From Candidatus Limnocylindria bacterium (GTDB lineage: Bacteria; Chloroflexota; Limnocylindria; P2-11E): 59,798 nucleotides of DNA. Position 1 is the stretch's first letter, and every line of letters starts with the position of its first letter. Below, in pieces: positions 28,145 to 36,659 of the stretch. The DNA lies in contig JBBQHN010000001.1 of the NCBI GenBank assembly GCA_038324015.1, positions 1 to 59,798 on the forward strand, given 5' to 3'. The notes under the pieces are model-generated. The model was not told where the DNA came from and ran no database searches. It saw nothing but the letters and a program-made list of their open reading frames with translations. Position numbers and translations under genes: made by a program.

Positions 28145-28840
28145 CTAGACCTCGGCAACGTGGATGGCAGCGATCCCAAAGGTCAGACGTTCAAAGCGCA
28201 CGTCGCTGAACCCGGCCTCCCGCAACAGGTCGGCGAGACGCTCGGGCCTGGGGAACGGCCGGAGCGAGCGCGGCAGGTAGCGGTAGGCCTCGCGGTCGCC
28301 GCCGAACAGGGCCGCGATCGCGGGTGCGATCTGATCGAAATAGAAGGAGTAGAGGCCGGCGAATGCCGCGCTCCGTGGGTGCGACAGCTCGAGGATGACC
28401 GCCCGGCCACCGGGCCGGAGCACGCGCCTGAACTCGGCGAACGCCCGTGGCAGATCGTGGACGTTGCGGACGGTGAAGCCCGTGACGACGCGGTCGATGC
28501 TGCGATCGGGCAGCGGGAGCGCTTCGGCGTTGCCGACCAGCGCCCGGATCCGCGCGCGCTGCTCCGACGTGGCGCGGCGGGCGAGCACCGCGAGCATCCC
28601 GGCCGAGAGGTCGACGGCGAGCACACCGGCACCCTGGTCGGCGGCGGCGAACGAGAGGTCTCCGGTGCCGGCCCCGATATCGAGGACCGCATGGCCGCGC
28701 TGGATGCCGGCGCGCCGGATGGCCCGCTTGCGCCAGCCGATGTCGGTACCGAACGACAGGACCCGGTTGAGGAAGTCATAGCGGGCCGCGATGCGATCGA
28801 ACATCGCCGCTATCTCGCGGTCATGCACCTCGCTCGCCAT
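28145..28840 (-). CDS. ubiE: demethylmenaquinone/ubiquinone C-methyltransferase
   Basis: MASEVHDREIAAMFDRIAARYDFLNRVLSFGTDIGWRK...VLDIGAGTGDL... is the UbiE/MenG signature. ATG 28840; the rest of track ORF 28145..30061 is shadow. Confidence 0.85.
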   Translation of the reverse strand: MASEVHDREIAAMFDRIAARYDFLNRVLSFGTDIGWRKRAIRRAGIQRGHAVLDIGAGTGDLSFAAADQGAGVLAVDLSAGMLAVLARRATSEQRARIRALVGNAEALPLPDRSIDRVVTGFTVRNVHDLPRAFAEFRRVLRPGGRAVILELSHPRSAAFAGLYSFYFDQIAPAIAALFGGDREAYRYLPRSLRPFPRPERLADLLREAGFSDVRFERLTFGIAAIHVAEV

Positions 28841-29584
28841 GCCCAGAACGGTACGCTGTCCCACATCGGCACCGCACTCTTCATCTACGCGCACCCCGAC
28901 GACGAATCGTTCGTGTCCGGCACGCCCATGAAGCTCGCGGCAGCCGGCCACACGATCGCGCTGCTCACCCTCACCCGCGGCGACGCCGGGCTCTGGCTCG
29001 GAAAGGAGTTCGGCTCGTGGTCGAAGCTCGAGCTGGGCAACGAGCGCGCGAAGGAATGGGCGGCGGCCGTCGAGTGCGTCGGCTTCCAGTGGTCGCGGCT
29101 CCTGCGCTATCCCGACGGTGGGCTGAAGGACGCGCCCGCCGACGTCATCACGGCCGATATCGTCGGCGCGATCCGCGAGCTGCGGCCCGACATCGTGTGC
29201 ACGTTCGGCCCCGAGGGCGCCGGCAGCGAACACGACGATCATCGCTCGGCGTCGTACTTCGCCACACGTGGCTTCGCCCGGGCTGCGCTCGCCGACCAGT
29301 ACCCCGAGCGCGGGGATCCCCATATCGCAAGCCGGCTCTTCTTCAGCGCGACGCCCTACAGCGCCGATGCGCCAGCGGCGTTCGGAGCGGTCACGCCCAC
29401 GCACGTGATCGACGTCTCGGCGTCCGAGGCGCGCAAGGCCGCGGCGTTCGAGTGCCATAAGACGCAGCACAAGGACCGCGACTTCTTTTACGAGCTGCTC
29501 AAGCGGCGTCAGGGCAAGGAGTACTTCCATCTCGCGATCGACCGCACCCGGTCCGCGCCGCGATCCGGCGAGCTGTTCGGCTAG
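28823..29584 (+). CDS. PIG-L/LmbE family N-acetylglucosaminyl deacetylase
   Basis: ...ALFIYAHPDDESF...TRGDAG...HDDH... (Zn-binding HPDDE / H-x-x-H motifs). The only canonical in-frame start is ATG 28823, which overlaps the divergent ubiE 5' end by 18 nt. Confidence 0.75.
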   Translation: MHLARHAQNGTLSHIGTALFIYAHPDDESFVSGTPMKLAAAGHTIALLTLTRGDAGLWLGKEFGSWSKLELGNERAKEWAAAVECVGFQWSRLLRYPDGGLKDAPADVITADIVGAIRELRPDIVCTFGPEGAGSEHDDHRSASYFATRGFARAALADQYPERGDPHIASRLFFSATPYSADAPAAFGAVTPTHVIDVSASEARKAAAFECHKTQHKDRDFFYELLKRRQGKEYFHLAIDRTRSAPRSGELFG

Positions 29585-29587
29585 GAG

Positions 29588-30394
29588 ATGCCCAACACGC
29601 TCGCGACGCTCCCGCTGGTCCTTTGCGTGCTGATGATCGAGCTCGCGATCGGCGGCGCCTTCCTGATGTGGTTCCTCGATCGCACCGGCAGTGCCCCGAC
29701 CGGCTTCCTCAAGCTGACGGCATTCGTGAACGCGGGCGCGATCGCGTTCGCGGGCGTGCTCATCCCCACGATCCCGCGCGATCCACGGGTCGGTCTCGAT
29801 GTCGCGGCACTGAGCACCTTTACGCAGGTCCTCGTTGTCGTGATCGTGCTCGTCATCGCCCAGCTGGTCGTTTCGTTCCTCCCGTGGCGCGCCGTTCGCG
29901 AAGCGGTCGGGATCATCACGGTGCTCGTGGGCGTGTTCGATCTCGTGATCGCCGCGGTCGCGCGGCCGTCGGCATCGCCGTTCGACCTGTTCGCGCTGCT
30001 CGCGCTGCCGCTCGGCGCGCTCGCCCTCGGCGGGGCGGATGCGGCGATGCTGCTGGGCCACTGGTATCTCGTCACGCCGAAGCTATCGACTGAGCCGTTG
30101 CAGCGTGCATCGCTGGTGCTCGTAGCCGCGGTCCTGCTGCAGCTCGGCCTGGTGCTGGTGTCGATCGCGCGTGGCGAGCTGACACTCAACACGGAGATCG
30201 CATTCGTGGTCGCGGCTGGCCTGCGCATCGGCGTCGGCATCTTCATGACCCTCGCCGTCGCGCTGGCGGCATGGTGGACGGCGCGCATGAACACGCAGGC
30301 GTCGACCGGGCTCCTGTATGTGGGTCTCGGCTGCGTGCTCTCGGGTGAGGTCAGCGCGCGAGTGTTGTTCTTCCTGACCGGAGCGGCTGTTTAG
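29588..30394 (+). CDS. hypothetical polytopic membrane protein (about 8 TM)
   Basis: 268 aa, very hydrophobic, with a conserved-looking LLGHWYLVTPKL segment and high GC3. Family not recognised. Confidence 0.6.
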   Translation: MPNTLATLPLVLCVLMIELAIGGAFLMWFLDRTGSAPTGFLKLTAFVNAGAIAFAGVLIPTIPRDPRVGLDVAALSTFTQVLVVVIVLVIAQLVVSFLPWRAVREAVGIITVLVGVFDLVIAAVARPSASPFDLFALLALPLGALALGGADAAMLLGHWYLVTPKLSTEPLQRASLVLVAAVLLQLGLVLVSIARGELTLNTEIAFVVAAGLRIGVGIFMTLAVALAAWWTARMNTQASTGLLYVGLGCVLSGEVSARVLFFLTGAAV

Positions 30395-30891
30395 CTGACG
30401 CGGCGCCGCTTCTGGTGCCGGTGGGGCTCGTAGTCCACGTCATCCAGCACTTCCCACTCGCGGCTTGCGTACAGCGTCGAGGCGATGACGCCGTCGACCA
30501 GTAGGACGATGAGCCCGGCGAGCGCGGAGACGACCGCGGCCGGGCCGGCCGCCGGAGAGCTCTGATCGGCGATACGGAACATTGCGGAGACCGCGTACAG
30601 CAACACGGCGACGAACACCGCGAGCAGGTCGAGCCGCGCGAGCGTTCGGTCATCGTCCGCAGCGTCACGTGCTTCGACGAAGGCGGTGATGGTCGCGAGC
30701 AGCGCGACGATCGCCGTCGCGACGGCGACCCAATACGCGGCAACTACGTAGCCATTCGTGTCGCGCACGCCCCAGCCGAACCAGGCCATCAGGTCGAGCA
30801 GGGCGACGGCGATGCCGAGGCCGACGGCGACATGCCCGAGCTGCGGGCGCACGGCGAAGCCGAAACGGCGGCCTTCGAGGAACTCTTTCAC
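30391..30891 (-). CDS. hypothetical membrane protein (DUF2231-like topology)
   Basis: 166 aa with 4 TM helices and a basic C-tail. The N-terminal RPQLGHVAVGLGIAVALLDL resembles the DUF2231 HPxLVhfP motif only loosely. Confidence 0.5.
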   Translation of the reverse strand: MKEFLEGRRFGFAVRPQLGHVAVGLGIAVALLDLMAWFGWGVRDTNGYVVAAYWVAVATAIVALLATITAFVEARDAADDDRTLARLDLLAVFVAVLLYAVSAMFRIADQSSPAAGPAAVVSALAGLIVLLVDGVIASTLYASREWEVLDDVDYEPHRHQKRRRVS

Positions 30892-30950
30892 TGGGGTCGA
30901 TGGTAATGGGGACGCGCGTCAGGCGGACGACCGTCCGCCGGAGCAGGGCG

Positions 30951-31112
30951 TCAGCAGCCCGGCTCGCCCGGCCGGCCGCAGCAGTCGTGCGGCGGCGTGA
31001 CGATCCGGCGCCCCATGTTGCGGGCCACGGCAGCGAGCCGCCGGTGGAATGGAAGCTCGCTCGACCAGAACAGACGCCATGCGGTCACCGGATCTCCGTG
31101 TTCGTGCGCCAT
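30951..31112 (-). CDS. candidate small His/Cys-rich protein (53 aa)
   Basis: MAHEHGDPVTAWRLFWSSELPFHRRLAAVARNMGRRIVTPPHDCCGRPGEPGC. GC3 is strongly coding-like (about 46 of 53 codons end in G/C). It is divergent from the gene starting at 31129. No family recognised. Confidence 0.35.
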   Translation of the reverse strand: MAHEHGDPVTAWRLFWSSELPFHRRLAAVARNMGRRIVTPPHDCCGRPGEPGC

Positions 31113-31128
31113 CGGGTTCAATAGTGCC

Positions 31129-31530
31129 GTGCCCGACGAGCTTTCGCCCGAGCAGATCGCGACCGGCCTGCCGGGCACGTCGGATCTCATGGTGCTCGTC
31201 GGGAACTCGTGGTGGAAGTGCGCGTACGCGGCCCGGGGTGGCAACTGGCTGCTCGCGGCGTTCTACGCGCGGCGGGTGCGCTCGCTGCAACACCGTCTCG
31301 GCGTCATCCGCCCAAAATACAAAGAGCGGCTCGCGCGTTACGAGACCGAGATGCTGGTACCGATCTTCGCTGCGATCGAGACCAAGGATCGCTCCGGCTT
31401 CGAGCGCGCGTTCACGGCCGCGACCGCTGCCGCGAATGTGCAGCACGCCGAGACCGGCTACGGGTACATCAGATGGATCCTGCCGGACGAGGCGCCGAAG
31501 GACCTGGACCTGGGGCCGCAGCAGCCTTAG
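31129..31530 (+). CDS. hypothetical protein
   Basis: VPDELSPEQIATGLPG...NSWWKCAYAARGGNWLLAAFYARR...YGYIRWILPDE with coding-like GC3. GTG 31129 is chosen because the upstream part of track ORF 30997.. would overlap the small minus-strand ORF. Confidence 0.5.
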   Translation: MPDELSPEQIATGLPGTSDLMVLVGNSWWKCAYAARGGNWLLAAFYARRVRSLQHRLGVIRPKYKERLARYETEMLVPIFAAIETKDRSGFERAFTAATAAANVQHAETGYGYIRWILPDEAPKDLDLGPQQP

Positions 31531-32078
31531 TCCGCGGGGTCGGTCAGCAGGGCCACGGGATCCGTCCAGCCGAACGCGACCTCGTGCAACTCGTAGCCGT
31601 CGAACGACTCGCGCTTTGCGCCCACGACCACACCGCCGCGTGACGCGTAGAAGCCGCGTGAGCCGGGGTTGTCGAACAGCGTCCAGATGGCGATCGGGAC
31701 GAGGCCGCGTTCGACGAGCCCGGTGGCTGCCGCCTTCAACAGGATGCGACCGATCCCCCGCCTTTGGCAGGCCGGGTGCACATAGAGGGAGTAGACCTCG
31801 CCGACGTGACCGGGCGGCGCGCCGGCGCGTGACCGGCCCGCTCCGGCGAAGCCCACGATGCGCCCAGCGATCTCGGCGATGTGCACCGCACGCGTCGGAT
31901 CCATCGACTCGAAGCTGCGGCGCCAGGGGATCTCCCACCGTGTGGGAGCGAGGCCGTCGAGGAGCGCGTCGGGAACCAGCCCGCGATAGGAGGTGCGCCA
32001 CGTCGCGGCATGCAACCGGGACGCCTCGGGAGCATCGTCGATCACGCCGCGCCGGATCCGTAGGTCAGGGGTGGGCAT
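31527..32078 (-). CDS. GNAT family N-acetyltransferase
   Basis: ...LYVHPACQRRGIGRILL... (acetyl-CoA binding Q/RxxGxG/A motif). 183 aa; the start overlaps the upstream S9 gene stop by 14 nt. Confidence 0.8.
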   Translation of the reverse strand: MPTPDLRIRRGVIDDAPEASRLHAATWRTSYRGLVPDALLDGLAPTRWEIPWRRSFESMDPTRAVHIAEIAGRIVGFAGAGRSRAGAPPGHVGEVYSLYVHPACQRRGIGRILLKAAATGLVERGLVPIAIWTLFDNPGSRGFYASRGGVVVGAKRESFDGYELHEVAFGWTDPVALLTDPAD

Positions 32079-34077
32079 CGAACCAGTCGGCGATGCGCCT
32101 GGCGTGATCGATGCGGTTCTTCGGCTTGCCGCCGCGCGTCAGCTCGTGGGTGTCCTCCTGGAAGCGGACGAACACCGCTTCCTTGCCGAGCACCTTCAGG
32201 CCCACGAAGAGCTGCTCGGCCTGCTCGATCGGGCAGCGGTAGTCCTGCTCGGCGTGCAGGATCAGGAGAGGCGTGTCCACGTTGGTGATGTACGTCAGCG
32301 GCGACCGGTCGACGAGCTTGTGGCCATCGCGCCACGGCGTCGCCCCGCCCATCTCGTACTCCCAGAAGTGCCAGCCGATGTCGCTCGTCCCGAACGCGCT
32401 CACGTTGTTGCTGATGCTGCGCTGCGTGACGGCGGCCGCGAAACGGTCGGTGTGGCCGACGATCCAGTTGGTCATGAAGCCGCCGTAGCTCCCGCCGGTC
32501 ACGTAGAGCCGGTCCGGATCGACCCAGCCGAGGCCGAGCGCGTGGTCGACCCCGGCCATGAGGTCCTGGTAGTCCTTCCCGCCCCAGTCACCGACACACG
32601 CGCGCACGAACGCATCGCCGTACGCGTGACTGCCGCGCGGGTTCGTGTAGAGGACGGCATAGCCGCGGCCGGCGAGGAGCTGGAACTCATGGAAAAAGGA
32701 GTGGCCATAGGCGCCGTGCGGACCGCCATGGATCTCCAGGACCAGCGGCCATCGCATCTTTGGATCGAATCCCGCCGGCTTGAGGATCCAGCCTTCGATG
32801 GTCCAGCCATCCGCTCCGGTGTACTCGACCCGCTCGGGGGCCGCGAGGTAGCGCGAGCCCAGCAGCGTGGCGTTCAGGCTCGTGATGACCTTGACCGGCC
32901 CGCCGGGCGCGCCGGTCACGACCTCGCCCGGTGAGGTCGCGGTCGCGATGACGCCGGCGAAGCAGCGGCCGGTACGATCCAGCGAGGCCGAGACGAGCTG
33001 ATGCTCGCCGCCCGTCTCGGCGCGGACGTCGCCACCGATCGCCTTGACCGAGTAGAGGTTCGCGGTGCCCTGGTCAGAGCCGATGAAGAGGACGCGCGAC
33101 CCGTCCGGCGTCCAGACCGGCGCGAGCGCGGGTGGCTCGCCACGGACGTCGCTCATGACACGCGAGCCCGTCGTCCGATCCCACGAGCCGAGGAGGTCGT
33201 CCCCCGCACCGCCCGCCTCCGGCCGGAGCGGGAAGCGCCAGACGCGCGTGTTCCGCGCGCCCGCGCCGATCGCCTCGGCCGTCCCGAGGCAGGTCAGCGT
33301 CTTCCCGTCCGGGGACCACGATGCGTTCGTGTATTGCCCCCGCTCCGTGGTGACCCGCCAGGCGTCGCCGCCCGCGACGGGCACGACCCAGATGTCGCTA
33401 ACGGTGTTTCGGTCACGGTCCACGCTGCGATCCGAGGTGAAGGCGACCGCCGAGCCATCGGGTGCGATCGCGGGCTGCGTGTCGTCCCAGTCGCCGCTGG
33501 TCAGCTTGCGCGCCGCACCGGACCGCGCTGGCACGAGCCACAGGTGCTTGCGCCGCAGATCGAGCAAGCCTGCGTCGTCTGACTTGTAGCGAAGCCGGTC
33601 GTAGACCTTCGGCGCATCGTCGGGCTGCGCCTCGCCTGCGTCCTTCACCGATACCACGACACCGGAGCCATCGGGCAGCCACGCAAGGTCGGCGCAATCG
33701 TCGGCGAACGTCGAGAGAGCGCGCGGCGCCGCGATCGCGGACTCGGCGACGAAGACGTTCTTCGGCACGCGCTTCTTGCCCGGGGGCACCTCGCCGCGAT
33801 CGCTCAGGAATGCGACGCTCGTGCCATCCGGCGACCAGCGCGGCGACGCATCGTCGGCGGATCCGTCGGTCCACTGGGCGGCCGGTACGCCGCCGTCCGC
33901 GGCGCCGACGAAGATCGCGGCACGGTAGCGGTTCGCGTCGAGATCCATCCGCCGCACCGCGAACGCGACGAGCGTCCCGTCCGGCGAGATGGACGCCTCG
34001 CTCACGAACGCGAACGCGGCGAGGTCGTCGGCGGTCAGAGGACGAGGCGTTCGGGGCACGGCGGCGTATCGTGCCAT
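32065..34077 (-). CDS. S9 family serine peptidase with beta-propeller (second paralog)
   Basis: ...YVTGGSYGGFMTNW... nucleophile elbow, ...HAEQDYRCP... and ...EDTHELT... (Asp/His), with WSPDG/APDG propeller repeats. Confidence 0.85.
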   Translation of the reverse strand: MARYAAVPRTPRPLTADDLAAFAFVSEASISPDGTLVAFAVRRMDLDANRYRAAIFVGAADGGVPAAQWTDGSADDASPRWSPDGTSVAFLSDRGEVPPGKKRVPKNVFVAESAIAAPRALSTFADDCADLAWLPDGSGVVVSVKDAGEAQPDDAPKVYDRLRYKSDDAGLLDLRRKHLWLVPARSGAARKLTSGDWDDTQPAIAPDGSAVAFTSDRSVDRDRNTVSDIWVVPVAGGDAWRVTTERGQYTNASWSPDGKTLTCLGTAEAIGAGARNTRVWRFPLRPEAGGAGDDLLGSWDRTTGSRVMSDVRGEPPALAPVWTPDGSRVLFIGSDQGTANLYSVKAIGGDVRAETGGEHQLVSASLDRTGRCFAGVIATATSPGEVVTGAPGGPVKVITSLNATLLGSRYLAAPERVEYTGADGWTIEGWILKPAGFDPKMRWPLVLEIHGGPHGAYGHSFFHEFQLLAGRGYAVLYTNPRGSHAYGDAFVRACVGDWGGKDYQDLMAGVDHALGLGWVDPDRLYVTGGSYGGFMTNWIVGHTDRFAAAVTQRSISNNVSAFGTSDIGWHFWEYEMGGATPWRDGHKLVDRSPLTYITNVDTPLLILHAEQDYRCPIEQAEQLFVGLKVLGKEAVFVRFQEDTHELTRGGKPKNRIDHARRIADWFDAHP

Positions 34078-34090
34078 AGATGAGGATCCG

Positions 34091-35650
34091 ATGGTCGCCG
34101 TGAGACGGCTCGATCATCGCGCGCGGACCGGGCTCCTCGTTGGTTCGCTCGCGATGTTCTTCGCGCTCGATATCGCCTTCCTCGCGAGCGTCGCGGGCTT
34201 CGCATTCGCTCCCGACGCGCTCGGGCAGGCGTTCATCGAGGTCCTCCCCGGCGCGATCGTTGTCCCGCTCATCGGGCTGCTCCAGCACTGGGCCAAGCGG
34301 CTCCTCGTCGGGGGGGTCATCCTGCTTTTCCTCGCTTCCGGTGCCGCCACCGGCGCGATGGCCGTGGACCCGAAGCGGCGCGACCGGACCGTCCTGCTCT
34401 TCGGCGCGCTTCCCTGGGTCGCGACGATCGTGCTCGGGCGGCTCTTCGCGCCGACCTCGATAGATCTCAGCTCCGTCCTGCTGACGAGCGGTATCGGCGC
34501 GGCAACGTACTTCGTCGCGCTCCAGCTCCTGTCCGGCGTGGCGACCTACCAGCCGGCGCGATCGACAGAGGTGCGCTCGCCGTCGCGCCGTCGCGTCCTC
34601 TACAGCGCGGCGGCGGTGGCCGCCGTAGCCGCCCTCGGCTCGCTGGGTGGTGGTGCCGCGATCCGCGCGGTCGCGAAGCGCGCGGAGGGCATCCCGTTCA
34701 TCGCGCGGCGGCTGCGCTCGACGGTCAGCCCACCTTCGGCGCTCCCGACATTCGAGTCGATAGCCGCGCTCACGCCACGCGTGACCGCCAACGCCGATCA
34801 CTACACGGTGGATACGACCCTCATCAAACCGAGTGCCGACATCACCCGCTGGCAGCTCGACATCGGAGGGTCCGTCGGGACGCCGTTCTCGCTCACGTAC
34901 GACGAGCTGCTCGACCTCGAAGCCGTCGAGCAGCTGAAAACGCTCGAGTGCATCAGCAACGAGGTGGGCGGCGAGCTCATCTCGACGGCGCTGTGGACCG
35001 GGGTGCCGCTGCGTGACCTGCTCGCGCGCGCGCAACCGAAGCCCGAGACGTACGACGTGAAGCTCACCTCGATCGACGGGTATACCGACTCGATCCGCAT
35101 CGAGAAGGCCATGGACGCCGACACGATCGTCGCGTACCTCATGAACGGCGTGACGATCCCGCTCGACCATGGCTATCCCGCTCGGCTGCTCGTGCCGAAC
35201 ATCTACGGCATGAAGAACGTGAAGTGGCTCCGCTCGATCGAGTGCGTCACGTTCGACTTCCTCGGTTATTGGATGGAGCGCGGCTGGTCGGACATCGCGG
35301 TCGTGAACACGAACACCCGCATCGACACGCCAGACCGCACCGCCAAGATGGGCAACGGGCCGATCGAGATCGCCGGCATCGCGTTCGCGGGCGCGCGCGG
35401 CGTCGCGAAGGTCGAGGTGTCGACGGACGGCGGGCAGACGTTCACGGCCGCGGAGCTCGAGCCGGCGCTCGGCCCGCTGAGCTGGGTCCGCTGGAAGCTG
35501 AACTGGGTGCCGCCGGGGCCGAACAAGTACCAGATCTTCGCGCGCACGACGGACAAGACCGGCGAGCTCGAGACCCAGATCCGGCGCCCGCCATTCCCGA
35601 GCGGCGCCACCGGATGGGACTCGGTCGAGGTCCTCGTCACCCGGGGTTAG
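34091..35650 (+). CDS. membrane-anchored molybdopterin-dependent oxidoreductase (sulfite-oxidase fold)
   Basis: N-terminal 5-6 TM helices, then ...LECISNEVGGELISTALWTGVPLRDLL...DGYTDS...GYPARLLVPNIYGMKNVKWL... (SUOX Moco-binding Cys and core) and an Ig-like C-terminal dimerisation-type domain. ATG 34091. Confidence 0.8.
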   Translation: MVAVRRLDHRARTGLLVGSLAMFFALDIAFLASVAGFAFAPDALGQAFIEVLPGAIVVPLIGLLQHWAKRLLVGGVILLFLASGAATGAMAVDPKRRDRTVLLFGALPWVATIVLGRLFAPTSIDLSSVLLTSGIGAATYFVALQLLSGVATYQPARSTEVRSPSRRRVLYSAAAVAAVAALGSLGGGAAIRAVAKRAEGIPFIARRLRSTVSPPSALPTFESIAALTPRVTANADHYTVDTTLIKPSADITRWQLDIGGSVGTPFSLTYDELLDLEAVEQLKTLECISNEVGGELISTALWTGVPLRDLLARAQPKPETYDVKLTSIDGYTDSIRIEKAMDADTIVAYLMNGVTIPLDHGYPARLLVPNIYGMKNVKWLRSIECVTFDFLGYWMERGWSDIAVVNTNTRIDTPDRTAKMGNGPIEIAGIAFAGARGVAKVEVSTDGGQTFTAAELEPALGPLSWVRWKLNWVPPGPNKYQIFARTTDKTGELETQIRRPPFPSGATGWDSVEVLVTRG

Positions 35651-35659
35651 GCTGCCCGC

Positions 35660-36052
35660 GTGGCCCGACGGTTCTCGATCACGGTCCCGCTCCCCGCCTA
35701 CGCGCGACCGCGCAATGAGTGGCGGCGGCGGGTGCATGGGGCGGTGCTGGACGTGCAGACCCGGCGGGGCGTTGGGTATCGGGACGGCGATCTCCTTGAG
35801 ATCAGGATCTCGCTCGCCCTCGGTGATCGGGCGCTCGACATCCACGAGATCGATGAGCGGGTGAAAGATGTGATCGATGCGCTCGAAGGGCGCATCGCCG
35901 GTCCGCGAAGCCGCCGGCGCATCGCGCCGATCGTGCCGTCGTCGGAGCAGATCCGGCGCATCGTCCTCGAGAAGGAGCCACGCCGTGCCCGGCGGCGCGC
36001 GCTCGGGGAGCTTGCGATCTCCCGCTTCCGCGCGCGCCGCCGGTCGGTCTAG
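35660..36052 (+). CDS. small basic hypothetical protein (faint RusA-like pattern)
   Basis: 130 aa, GTG start. FSITVPLPA...LLEIRISL...DIHEIDERVKDVIDALEG...EQIRRIVLEK loosely parallels RusA, but the acidic catalytic residues are not clearly kept. Confidence 0.4.
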   Translation: MARRFSITVPLPAYARPRNEWRRRVHGAVLDVQTRRGVGYRDGDLLEIRISLALGDRALDIHEIDERVKDVIDALEGRIAGPRSRRRIAPIVPSSEQIRRIVLEKEPRRARRRALGELAISRFRARRRSV

Positions 36053-36066
36053 CGCCCGTTGGGGGG

Positions 36067-36609
36067 TTAGGCGGCCGCGGCTGCGGGTACGGCCACCGGG
36101 GTGGCAGCGATGCTGGCCTCGAGCGTGATCTTCTCGCTGACGAGCAGGCCACCGGGGACCGGCATGTTCCAGACAAGGCCCCACTGCGTGCGGTCGAACG
36201 ACGCGGTCGCATCGAACGCGGCGCGCTGACCGGCGCGGGGATCCTCGGTGACGCCGGCGAGCTCGACGCTCACGGTCGCGGGCTTGGTGGTGCCTCGGAT
36301 GGTGAGATCACCCTCGACGGTGAACTGGTCCTTGCCCGAGAGCCTGACCTTCGTGCTCTTGAACACGATCTCAGGGAACTTCCCCGCGTCGAGGAAGTCG
36401 GCGGAGCGGAGGTGCCCGTCGCGCTTCTCGTCACCGGTGTCGATCGACGCCGTGGGGATCCGCAGCTCGACGCTGCCGGTCTGCGGCGACGCCGGGTCAT
36501 AATCGATGGTCCCCGTCGCTCCGGCGAAGCTGCCGCGGACGGTGGAAATCACCATGTGCTTGACCTTCGCACTGATGCTCGTGTGCGACGGGTCGATCTG
36601 CCACTTCAT
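36067..36609 (-). CDS. YceI family (polyisoprenoid-binding-like) protein
   Basis: MKWQIDPSHTSISAKVKHMVISTVRGSF...IDTGDEKRDGHLRSADFLD... are YceI signatures. GGGAGG lies 7 nt upstream of ATG 36609. Confidence 0.85.
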   Translation of the reverse strand: MKWQIDPSHTSISAKVKHMVISTVRGSFAGATGTIDYDPASPQTGSVELRIPTASIDTGDEKRDGHLRSADFLDAGKFPEIVFKSTKVRLSGKDQFTVEGDLTIRGTTKPATVSVELAGVTEDPRAGQRAAFDATASFDRTQWGLVWNMPVPGGLLVSEKITLEASIAATPVAVPAAAAA

Positions 36610-36659
36610 GAAGCGCCTCCCGCTTGCTCGGCCCCTTGGGACCGGCGTATGCTCTTGTT

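Noticed and set aside
26936-28822. 5' two-thirds of the 882-aa plus-strand ORF that ends in the PIG-L deacetylase
   Set aside because: This part is antisense to the acyl-CoA dehydrogenase and ubiE genes and has shadow composition (RDHPLD..., DRE-rich). The PIG-L homology starts only just before the HPDDE motif, with ATG 28823 available.
28841-30061. N-terminal 400 aa of the 638-aa minus-strand ORF ending in ubiE
   Set aside because: It is Arg/Glu/Asp-rich nonsense, antisense to the PIG-L and 8-TM membrane genes. UbiE homology begins exactly at ATG 28840.
30997-31128. Upstream extension of the hypothetical gene at 31129
   Set aside because: The extension (MTIRRPMLRATAASRRWNGSS...) is shadow-like and lies antisense to the better-looking small His/Cys ORF. 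The choice is not certain.
33413-36184. 923-aa minus-strand ORF
   Set aside because: It has Arg-rich, low-complexity composition. It overlaps the well-supported S9 peptidase (other frame), the Moco oxidoreductase and the small basic protein on the opposite strand.
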